Shown in pieces: positions 26,412 to 34,701 of a stretch of DNA of 38,592 nucleotides. Source of the DNA: a virus; the IMG/VR virus record IMGVR_UViG_3300045988_043362, positions 1 through 38,592 of that record, one strand, 5' to 3'. A program made the position numbers and the translations under genes. Numbering within the stretch: the first letter of the stretch is position 1; each line of letters opens with the position of its first letter. The notes under the pieces were generated by a model. It was given only the letters and a program-made list of their open reading frames with translations, was not told the origin of the DNA and ran no database searches.

Positions 26412-27317
26412 ATGGCTTCTATTTATCCAAATACACGATTAACCAATTATGGCCGTGAGTTAATCGCAAGATCACAAGCAACAGGTAAGAAGTTGCAGTA
26501 TATTAAATTAGTTACGGGGGACGGCCAGCTCGATAATCAAAATATCGATACTATGACTTCCGTAATAGCTCCAAAATTGGAGTGTCCGTTTACCTCTAAT
26601 GGTGAATTCGTAGGAGACGGTCAATTTAGAATTGAATTTGCAGTAGGCAATAGTACGGTAACTAATGGATTCTTTGCTAGGGAATTAGGCGTATATGCTA
26701 ATTTAGAAGGTGAATCTGATTCCGCTGCTAGATTAATTGCATATAGTAATGGCGGTAACTACGCATCCTATATCCCGTCCAAAGAGACGCCAATCAATTC
26801 TAAAGTGTTCTCTTTAGATGTTGTAATTGGCAATTCTACCAATGTAACCGTTAAGAAGATTGATGCGGCATATCTGACTAGAGGTGCATTAGAGGCCCAT
26901 AGCCGTGACACAAGTGCGCACGCTCCTATCACAGACCAAATCAAAGCAATCCTAGGCAGTGCTAACTGGAAAGACTCTCCGGCAAGTACGCTTGTTACAA
27001 TTAAAAACTTACTAGGCCAAGGCGCTATCGTGGCATCTAAACTCGATGCTAATGCCGGTTTCGTAAAATTTGCCAATGGTTTCACTATCCAGTGGGGAAC
27101 TGGTGGCCAAGATAATGTAACCAAGACAGAAGTAACATTCCCTATTCGTTTTAAGACTCTATTCATGGCAAATGCGATTGATGCGTATTGGAGTGGGTCA
27201 GAGACACCAAGATATTTTGCAAACTCTGTAAGCGAAAGCAACAATACAAAAGCTGTATTTGTGGCGAGTGATAGATATGCTGCATCATATTACTGGTTCG
27301 CACTAGGGATTATTTAA
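26412..27317 (+). CDS. Tail fibre protein (tail-collar N-terminus; currently expressed C-terminal variant A)
   Basis: The N-terminus TNYGRELIARSQATGKKLQYIKLVTGDGQL is tail-collar-like. The C-terminal tip follows FTIQWG, and crossover core CCAGTGGGG lies at 27089-27097. Confidence 0.85.
   Translation: MASIYPNTRLTNYGRELIARSQATGKKLQYIKLVTGDGQLDNQNIDTMTSVIAPKLECPFTSNGEFVGDGQFRIEFAVGNSTVTNGFFARELGVYANLEGESDSAARLIAYSNGGNYASYIPSKETPINSKVFSLDVVIGNSTNVTVKKIDAAYLTRGALEAHSRDTSAHAPITDQIKAILGSANWKDSPASTLVTIKNLLGQGAIVASKLDANAGFVKFANGFTIQWGTGGQDNVTKTEVTFPIRFKTLFMANAIDAYWSGSETPRYFANSVSESNNTKAVFVASDRYAASYYWFALGII
27089..27097 (+). repeat. Recombination core site A (CCAGTGGGG) inside the fibre gene
   Basis: It covers the Q227-W228-G229 codons. 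The identical 9-mer occurs inverted at 27540-27548 and 27828-27836. Confidence 0.75.
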
Positions 27318-27547
27318 TTACCTACTGCGATATATCTGCCCCAAGCACTAGTTTTATTTAATCCATCTTTCGCCGCCTGAGAATATACTTTAACCCCTGT
27401 TCTAGTATGCTCTCTAAACGAATGGACCTGGTTATCAACATTGTTACCATTCACGTCATTACCAACTACTACGTAACACTCTCTATCAAAGGAAACAGGA
27501 AATGAAATTGTACCCCCTATTGGTATGTTATTAAACGCTCCCCACTG
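27314..27547 (-). other. Silent tail-fibre C-terminal cassette B (no start codon; expressible only after inversion)
   Basis: Hand translation of the minus strand: QWGAFNNIPIGGTISFPVSFDRECYVVVGNDVNGNNVDNQVHSFREHTRTGVKVYSQAAKDGLNKTSAWGRYIAVGN*. The frame is closed by a TAG 9 codons upstream of Q. Confidence 0.75.
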
Positions 27548-27548
27548 G
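27540..27548 (-). repeat. Recombination core site B (inverted CCAGTGGGG)
   Basis: The plus strand reads CCCCACTGG. The minus-strand frame continues as QWG plus 74 aa. Confidence 0.75.
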
Positions 27549-27592
27549 AGATAGTTTAATAAGTGCCTATAGGACTACGGCATGGGAGTAGG

Positions 27593-27835
27593 TAATTAGC
27601 TGATTCCAACGCACAGCCATGTAAAGTTGCCGGCGTTGCCTCGATTAGTTAAAAAGCGAATAGATGTTCTGTTATTATTTGAAAATCCACTATTCCAAGA
27701 CACAAAGAACTCATCACCTCTTGTGTTTGTACTTGCGGAGTCGTCGGTACATAATGCGACTAAAACATTACACCTGATAGGCAATGTTACATCACAATAT
27801 GTATTTTGATTTAAGAACCAAGTTAGCCCCCACTG
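27593..27835 (-). other. Silent tail-fibre C-terminal cassette C (no native start; ORF track shows its distal part as 27596..27784)
   Basis: Hand translation of the minus strand: QWGLTWFLNQNTYCDVTLPIRCNVLVALCTDDSASTNTRGDEFFVSWNSGFSNNNRTSIRFLTNRGNAGNFTWLCVGIS*. Confidence 0.75.
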
Positions 27836-27836
27836 G
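27828..27836 (-). repeat. Recombination core site C (inverted CCAGTGGGG)
   Basis: The plus strand reads CCCCACTGG. The minus-strand frame continues as QWG plus 77 aa. It lies 5 nt from the recombinase stop codon. Confidence 0.75.
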
Positions 27837-27840
27837 GGAG

Positions 27841-28692
27841 TTACTTTAGTAACTCAATGGCTTTTCGTAACTCACGAATAGTCTTATGAGTGTATACTCT
27901 AGTGGTAATATCACCTTGTTTGTGGCCTAGTAATGAGCGCAAAGCGTTAGGCGGTGCGACCGAATCAAGTAAACTTGCGAATGTGTGTCTGGTATCGTGG
28001 ATAGTATGCTTACAATTTAACTGTTTCATAATATTTTGAAAATGCTTACGGAATGTTGTGTAACTTACAGTAAATAGATAATCATCAGTATATATATATA
28101 ACAGTTCTATTAGCGGTATAATGCGACGATGTAATGGGATGATACGACCCTCGCTCGCTTTTGTTTTAGCGTGCCTTACGATGAGATATGATGATCGTCT
28201 ATAGATGTCTTGTTTTCGCAAATTAAGAAGCTCACCTATGCGGAGGCCTGTGTATAGCAGTATTAAAATCATACGGGAATAAGGAGTATCTATTGCCCAT
28301 AATTTGTTGATTTGTTGGCGAGTAAATACTTTTCGCTGAATCGTCGGTATATTGGGCCCTAGATTTAAGTGTAAGGCGTAATTAGTGATAGGGTAATCTT
28401 TAATGATTGCGTAATTAAATAATTGATTAAGTAGTGTACGGACTTTCTTACAAGATGAGTAGGAAAGTCCTTTTACGTGCATGGAATTAATCACATTTTG
28501 AAGGTGCTGAAAATGAATATCCGTGATAGGCATATCCGCTATGTTGGATATGTGTTTAAAAGCAATGCGATAAGACTTAACAGCGCTATCAGAAATAGAC
28601 TGAGAGTGAATAGGCAACCACTCGTTAAATAGTTGCCTTAATGTAATGGTATTGCGTTGTCTACGTTTTAGCATAACAGCGTAACGGCGCAT
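27841..28692 (-). CDS. Tyrosine recombinase (phage-integrase fold), proposed tail-fibre shufflon invertase
   Basis: The catalytic set is readable: YTGLRIGE (R), AKTKASEGR (K), HDTRHTFAS (HxxR), LLGHKQ (H), TRVYTH (Y). It is the only minus-strand gene in the late region and abuts site C. Confidence 0.85.
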   Translation of the reverse strand: MRRYAVMLKRRQRNTITLRQLFNEWLPIHSQSISDSAVKSYRIAFKHISNIADMPITDIHFQHLQNVINSMHVKGLSYSSCKKVRTLLNQLFNYAIIKDYPITNYALHLNLGPNIPTIQRKVFTRQQINKLWAIDTPYSRMILILLYTGLRIGELLNLRKQDIYRRSSYLIVRHAKTKASEGRIIPLHRRIIPLIELLYIYTDDYLFTVSYTTFRKHFQNIMKQLNCKHTIHDTRHTFASLLDSVAPPNALRSLLGHKQGDITTRVYTHKTIRELRKAIELLK

Positions 28693-28718
28693 AATTTCAC
28701 CTCCGAAAGGATACGACT

Positions 28719-29111
28719 ATGAATCAATATGTATTTGTGTTAAACGAAATGGGCGAACGAATTACGTCCTATGTTGATAATACAGTAACGCAAGAGCAGT
28801 TATTAGCAACTGCAAAACAAGAATGGCCAGATGCAGCAGATTATATTTACTCTGCAGATGGTGATAGCATGCTAGATGAATTTATGGGCGGTAAATTCTA
28901 TATAGACGGCAAGTTTGTTGTACCGCAAGCAAAGGAACCTACTAAGGCCGAAAAAATCGCGGAAATTAGAAACTATTACAACGATCGCTTTGAAACATTA
29001 GAGCAAACGCTGTTAAGAAGACGATTGATCAACGGCGACATTACCGACTTGCAAGAACAATTCAAAAAGCTCAATCAAGAAATGGTGTTAAAAATTAAGG
29101 CGGTGAAATAA
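28719..29111 (+). CDS. XkdW-like / putative tail-fibre assembly protein
   Basis: Called on position after the fibre locus. The C-terminal helix is PTKAEKIAEIRNYYNDRFETLEQTLLRRRL. The call is weak. Confidence 0.35.
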   Translation: MNQYVFVLNEMGERITSYVDNTVTQEQLLATAKQEWPDAADYIYSADGDSMLDEFMGGKFYIDGKFVVPQAKEPTKAEKIAEIRNYYNDRFETLEQTLLRRRLINGDITDLQEQFKKLNQEMVLKIKAVK

Positions 29112-29246
29112 TGGAAGCATTCGAAATTAAAAGTGATATTCCTGTTATGAAATTTTGTGAATTTTGCTATGCGACATTAAACGAAGATGGAACATGCCCA
29201 ACAGAGGGCTGTATCCATAATGATTTAATGGACGAGGTAATCGAAG

Positions 29247-29275
<29 letters not shown>
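29111..29275 (+). CDS. Small zinc-ribbon-like protein (54 aa; below the ORF-track cutoff)
   Basis: There is a TAATG overlap with the upstream stop. MEAFEIKSDIPVMKFCEFCYATLNEDGTCPTEGCIHNDLMDEVIEDETSGTTQP has CxxC...CxxxC. Confidence 0.4.
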
Positions 29276-30730
<1,455 letters not shown>

Positions 30731-30733
30731 ATA

Positions 30734-31072
30734 ATGTGGACATGGCAATTTGAATTGAACGACATATTAACCACCCTTACAATTGTAGGGGTGGTTGCAG
30801 GTGCAGGATATAGATTGTTGATTATTCCGTTGTTACAACAATTGGACTCTCAACGAATGCAAGATAATCTTATTTTTCAAGAAAAATGGGGAGTACTAAC
30901 TGATACTCTAAAAGATTTGAAAGATGAAATTAAATTATCACGTGCAGAACGAATTAAAGCCGAAAGCAAGCAAGTGTTGTTGTCAGCAAAAGTTGAAGCC
31001 TTAGAAGTACGTGTTGATGATATTAAGGAGGAGCTACATGAACATACCGCCAAATCTCATCAATACAGTTAA
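30734..31072 (+). CDS. Membrane-anchored coiled-coil protein (XhlA-like lysis accessory)
   Basis: An N-terminal TM segment ILTTLTIVGVVAGAGYRLLIIPLL is followed by a heptad-rich helix. It lies immediately before the holin. Confidence 0.35.
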   Translation: MWTWQFELNDILTTLTIVGVVAGAGYRLLIIPLLQQLDSQRMQDNLIFQEKWGVLTDTLKDLKDEIKLSRAERIKAESKQVLLSAKVEALEVRVDDIKEELHEHTAKSHQYS

Positions 31073-31370
31073 AAGATCATATCAATCTGTAAGGGGGGCT
31101 AATATCCACCCTACAGGTGTATTAGCGACGAGGGTACTAGTATTAGTTATGCTAGTACCTATTTTATTGGTGATTACTCAATATATCATGGCTTTTATTA
31201 GTGGTTATGTATCAGACGAAGCTAATAAGTTGATTAACGTAGGAATCAATATTATTGACCACATATTCATACCTAGCGTATTAATGGCTGTTGTAGGCTT
31301 CTTAGGACTTTGGCTAGATAAGAACAATAATGGCATTCCAGATAAATTAGAAGAGGAGGATAAGAAATGA
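31038..31370 (+). CDS. Holin (two TM segments, charged C-terminus)
   Basis: The ATG at 31038 follows AAGGAGGAG. TM1 is VLVLVMLVPILLVITQYIMAFI, TM2 is IFIPSVLMAVVGFLGLWL, and the tail is DKLEEEDKK. It lies before the amidase. Confidence 0.6.
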   Translation: MNIPPNLINTVKRSYQSVRGANIHPTGVLATRVLVLVMLVPILLVITQYIMAFISGYVSDEANKLINVGINIIDHIFIPSVLMAVVGFLGLWLDKNNNGIPDKLEEEDKK

Positions 31371-31885
31371 AAGTATTCATTAACCCAGGACATGATATTA
31401 ATTTAGATAGTGGAGCAGTTAACCCGGTATATGGGACACGTGAATGTGATGTGGCTCGTGATGCGGGCAAAATGTTGGCACGGTATTTAGAGACTGCAGG
31501 ATGTGAAGTTAGAACCCTGCAAGATGATGATTTAGGCCTTGTATGTGCTGAATCTGATTCTTGGGGTGCAGATATCTTTGTATCACTTCATTGCAATGCA
31601 TTTAACACGGAAGCTAGAGGTACAGAAACTTTGTATAAGTCCTTTAACGGGCAACGATTAGCAAACGACATTCAAAGCCAAATTATTCGCAGCATTAATA
31701 CAGTTGATCGTGGTGTTAAGAAACGTGATGACCTTTGGGTGCTAAATGGTACAGATGCAACCGCTGTATTAGTTGAAATGGCATTCATTGATAACGAAGA
31801 AGATCATACTATGTTATCTAACGACCTTGATACTATCGTTCGCGCTATTGCTAGGGGGATTACTGACTACGCAGGAGGGGTATAA
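31367..31885 (+). CDS. N-acetylmuramoyl-L-alanine amidase (Amidase_3 catalytic domain only) endolysin
   Basis: MKVFINPGHD...GAV...E...SLHCNAF...VLVEMAFIDNEED is an Amidase_3 pattern. At 172 aa there is no room for a wall-binding domain. Confidence 0.85.
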   Translation: MKVFINPGHDINLDSGAVNPVYGTRECDVARDAGKMLARYLETAGCEVRTLQDDDLGLVCAESDSWGADIFVSLHCNAFNTEARGTETLYKSFNGQRLANDIQSQIIRSINTVDRGVKKRDDLWVLNGTDATAVLVEMAFIDNEEDHTMLSNDLDTIVRAIARGITDYAGGV

Positions 31886-32370
31886 TGTATGACAAAATCA
31901 AAGTTTTACTTAATAGCCTTGGTTACCGCCATGCTGTTATCGGTGGTATTGTGCTCCTCTCCGTCTTTTGCTGCTGGTACATCTTCCACGAGCCAAGTGG
32001 AAGCAACAATCACGATTCCCTTAACACAGTGGAACGAATTGAAAAGCAACAACGAGAAATCCTTAAGCTTAATCGAGACATCCAGTCTTCCATTGACCGA
32101 AGCGCAGAGCTTAGTCATGAAGCAAAGGGAAGAATTGAACGAAGCACACAATACAATATCGACATTGGAAACAGAATTGATGAAAGCCAAAATGCTATCC
32201 ATGAAGCAAGAAGTTACCTTGAACGAAATGTCGAGCTCTTTGATAGAATTGAAAGGGCAAATCGACAACGACAAGAGAACAATCAAACGACTACGGATGC
32301 AGCGCAACCTATCCCAGATGGTGGGAGCGGGAGCAGTAATCGGAGTAGTGATTCATCGGTAAAGAGGTGA
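31885..32370 (+). CDS. i-spanin-like protein (N-terminal TM plus coiled coil)
   Basis: TAATG overlap with the amidase stop. The TM segment is AVIGGIVLLSVFCCWYIF, followed by IERIEKQQREILKLNRDIQSSIDRSAELSHEAKGRIERS... and a Ser/Gly-rich tail. Confidence 0.5.
   Translation: MYDKIKVLLNSLGYRHAVIGGIVLLSVFCCWYIFHEPSGSNNHDSLNTVERIEKQQREILKLNRDIQSSIDRSAELSHEAKGRIERSTQYNIDIGNRIDESQNAIHEARSYLERNVELFDRIERANRQRQENNQTTTDAAQPIPDGGSGSSNRSSDSSVKR
31889..32362 (+). CDS. Fully overlapping +1-frame ORF: signal peptide/lipoprotein-like N-terminus, coiled coil, C-terminal TM (u-/o-spanin-like)
   Basis: MTKSKFYLIALVTAMLLSVVLCSSPSFAAG is a signal peptide with a Cys at residue 22. A heptad-rich middle follows, and the C-terminal segment is MVGAGAVIGVVIHR. 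Confidence 0.45.
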   Translation: MTKSKFYLIALVTAMLLSVVLCSSPSFAAGTSSTSQVEATITIPLTQWNELKSNNEKSLSLIETSSLPLTEAQSLVMKQREELNEAHNTISTLETELMKAKMLSMKQEVTLNEMSSSLIELKGQIDNDKRTIKRLRMQRNLSQMVGAGAVIGVVIHR

Positions 32371-32406
32371 TCCATACATCTCCATAGCGTGTAATGGTGG
32401 ATACAC

Positions 32407-32435
32407 ACAACCTGTTCCAAATAGGAACAAGTTGT
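32407..32435. promoter_or_regulatory. Candidate attP core: imperfect palindrome ACAACCTGTTCC-AAATA-GGAACAAGTTGT
   Basis: The 12-bp arms match at 11 of 12 positions. It lies in the gap between the lysis operon and the 3' end of the serine integrase. Confidence 0.4.
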
Positions 32436-32469
32436 AAAGTAATTGATTATAACTGAATAGCATAAAATC

Positions 32470-32517
32470 AAGCCTACTAGCTTAGATAAAAATCTTTGTT
32501 AGTAGGCTTTATTTTTT
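32470..32517. terminator. Bidirectional terminator between the convergent lysis operon and integrase gene
   Basis: aagcctacta (32470-32479) pairs with tagtaggctt (32500-32509) around a 20-nt loop, followed by tATTTTTTT. An A/T-rich tract also lies on the other side. Confidence 0.65.
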
Positions 32518-34064
32518 TAGAATGGTATAATTAAACGCAGCGGATAATGTGAATTTGCAATATAAAAGTGGTTCGTACAGCGTGTCATATGCACCACCAT
32601 ATCGCATGAGTGCGAACATTCAATGGCCTGTTCCTTAAATTGGGGCAGGTCATTACTATAATTGAATATAATTTCTACCCTATCATCAAATATGGTGGCT
32701 TGCTTTATGAAAGTATCGATAATGCTTGCTCTGCCTTGCTTGGTGGTAGGGTTTTCTTTTGCCATTTTGTGTAGAAAGAATTCTATATGCTCTGCAGTTA
32801 ATTGGATTTGATTGCTTGCCATTTCATGGTTCGCACGGTGTGTCATGTGGTCTTGTAATTCCGCCTCTGTTTTCTCTATTTGATTTTGTAACGTATCTGA
32901 TATGAACCCTTTGGCAATTGCTTTCATGTAATTATCTAATTCTGATTGCAATTGTTCGATACGATCATTAATCGATTGTAATTCTAATTCACTTGTACTC
33001 ATCATATCCTTATTAGCTTTGATGGCTAATTCTGCCAATTGCTCGATAGTATTCGGTTGGTTCAATATCTCAAGTGTTTGGTTGATTACGATATCCTCAA
33101 CTATTTCACGTTTTAGATTTGGCGCATCGCAAGTGTGATGTTTTCGTCTATTGTTACACACATAATAGTAATGCTTTTCTCCACTACGAGAAGTTGCCGT
33201 AGAGCCTACGTAATGAGCGTTACACTTTCCGCAATATAATTTACCGCATAGATTATAAAACTCGCTCCTAGATGCCTTTAATTTAATTCTACGGCTATTC
33301 GCTGATTGCACTTTATCAAATATTTCTTTTGAAATAATAGAAGGAATAGCATCTTCTACTATAATGTCGTTCCATTTCATGATGCCGATGTATTTCTCAT
33401 TGCTTAAAATGCGTCTAATTACCGCATATGAGAATTTTCCGCCTTTCTTGGATAAATACCCTTTGGAGTTTAGAAACGAGCATATAGAGGGGATAGAGTG
33501 TCCTTTTAGGTACATTTCAAAGATACGTTCTACTATTTTGGCCTCGTGTTTGTTAATGATGAGTGAATTGTCATTTGTCTTATCATAGCCTAGCGGTGTA
33601 GGTGTGCCGTTCATCTTGCCTTTTAATGCATTGTCAGTCATACCACGTCTAACCTTTTGAGCCAATTCTGCACTATAATATTCCGCCATGCCTTCTAATA
33701 CAGATTCAAGGATAATGCCAGCTGGGTCGCTACTGATATTTTCCTTTGCACTTATCACCTTAACACCATTACGTTTTAGAATGGACTTGTATACGGCACT
33801 ATCCTCACGGCTACGGCTAAAGCGGTCTAATTGGTATACAATAACATATTCAAAATTATGTTTCTTTGCATCGTCAATCATTTGGCGGAACTCTGGGCGG
33901 TGGTCTGTACGTGCTGATAATGCTTTATCTGTGTATATATGAGTGATAACAATACCTTCACGCTCTGCATATTCCTTGCACTCTCTTATTTGTCCTTCTA
34001 TTGATTCATCACGTTGTTTGTCTGATGAATATCTAGCGTATATTACACCTTTTGATAATTCCAT
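32517..34064 (-). CDS. int: Large serine recombinase (prophage integrase)
   Basis: The N-terminal resolvase domain is GVIYARYSSDKQRDESIEGQ...VIVYQLDRFSRS. The recombinase domain and zinc ribbon are CGKLYCGKCNAHY...YYYVCNNRRKHHTCD. The C-terminus is a coiled coil. Confidence 0.9.
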   Translation of the reverse strand: MELSKGVIYARYSSDKQRDESIEGQIRECKEYAEREGIVITHIYTDKALSARTDHRPEFRQMIDDAKKHNFEYVIVYQLDRFSRSREDSAVYKSILKRNGVKVISAKENISSDPAGIILESVLEGMAEYYSAELAQKVRRGMTDNALKGKMNGTPTPLGYDKTNDNSLIINKHEAKIVERIFEMYLKGHSIPSICSFLNSKGYLSKKGGKFSYAVIRRILSNEKYIGIMKWNDIIVEDAIPSIISKEIFDKVQSANSRRIKLKASRSEFYNLCGKLYCGKCNAHYVGSTATSRSGEKHYYYVCNNRRKHHTCDAPNLKREIVEDIVINQTLEILNQPNTIEQLAELAIKANKDMMSTSELELQSINDRIEQLQSELDNYMKAIAKGFISDTLQNQIEKTEAELQDHMTHRANHEMASNQIQLTAEHIEFFLHKMAKENPTTKQGRASIIDTFIKQATIFDDRVEIIFNYSNDLPQFKEQAIECSHSCDMVVHMTRCTNHFYIANSHYPLRLIIPF

Positions 34065-34086
34065 AGTTAATCCTCTCTACAAATAA

Positions 34087-34116
34087 AGCCACCTGTGTAG
34101 GTGGCTCTTTTTTTTA
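34087..34116. terminator. Hairpin terminator between the secreted-protein gene and the integrase
   Basis: agccacct / gtgt / aggtggct (8-bp stem), then cTTTTTTTT on the plus strand. The minus-strand tail is UUUAUUUG. Confidence 0.55.
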
Positions 34117-34117
34117 T

Positions 34118-34399
34118 TTACATCGTTCTAAAGCGTTCGTTTTCTTCCATTCTTCTTTTTAGTGCATCTTGTGTGCCTTTATCTACCTTGTGCAAATCGT
34201 CCATTTCTTCCTGTGTCATAGAGATGGTAGCATTTAGAAAATCCTGTTCGTCCATCAATTCAGATGTACCATCGTCATAATGCACTAAAACTTTTGTTCC
34301 GTCTAATGCCTTAAATTCCTCGTGAGATACGATATCTTTCGCCATTGAGGTAGTAGATAGTGCCAATAATGCCGTTAATAATACTAAAGTCTTTTTCAT
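34118..34399 (-). CDS. Secreted small protein expressed from the lysogeny operon (moron; possible superinfection-exclusion factor)
   Basis: The internal ATG follows a GGGAGA RBS. MKKTLVLLTALLALSTTSMAKD is a signal peptide. Confidence 0.55.
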   Translation of the reverse strand: MKKTLVLLTALLALSTTSMAKDIVSHEEFKALDGTKVLVHYDDGTSELMDEQDFLNATISMTQEEMDDLHKVDKGTQDALKRRMEENERFRTM

Positions 34400-34412
34400 T
34401 TTCCTGTCTCCC

Positions 34413-34682
34413 TTACTTGAAATGATGGTAGAAGTTAATATCATCTGTTAGACTTTCGTCCTTTAGATCATACCGCCTTACCATTTCTTCTACTAAATTA
34501 ACATGGCTATCTAAATAGAAATCATCATTAATGATATGCGATAGCTCATGCCGTATTTCTGCTTTCATTTTATCATGTGGCAAGTTTTTATTCACATATA
34601 TATTATGTGTATCTATATCTTCCGTTTCTTCTGATATAGCCTTAACACATGGTAAATCGCAGTAAATTATATTCACTACCAA
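34413..34682 (-). CDS. ImmA/IrrE-type metallopeptidase-like protein (short)
   Basis: The HEXXH motif sits in EIRHELSHIIND. The gene lies directly downstream of the repressor, as in immR-immA-int operons. Confidence 0.5.
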   Translation of the reverse strand: MVVNIIYCDLPCVKAISEETEDIDTHNIYVNKNLPHDKMKAEIRHELSHIINDDFYLDSHVNLVEEMVRRYDLKDESLTDDINFYHHFK

Positions 34683-34701
34683 TACAACACACTCCCTAAT
34701 A

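Noticed and set aside
27627-27809. 60-aa plus-strand ORF in the cassette region
   Set aside because: It is antisense to silent cassette C, whose minus-strand translation aligns with the fibre C-terminus. It has no RBS.
27841-28692. Tyrosine recombinase considered as the prophage integrase
   Set aside because: A large serine recombinase sits in the canonical position next to the repressor module and a candidate attP. This recombinase is embedded in the fibre locus next to three inverted core sites, which fits an invertase role better.
31906-32307. 133-aa antisense ORF in the dual-coding lysis region
   Set aside because: It makes a third open frame over the same DNA, which I noted as part of the oddity. 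It has no RBS, no membrane or signal features, and would be a lone minus-strand gene. It is probably a by-product of constrained codon composition in the two sense frames.
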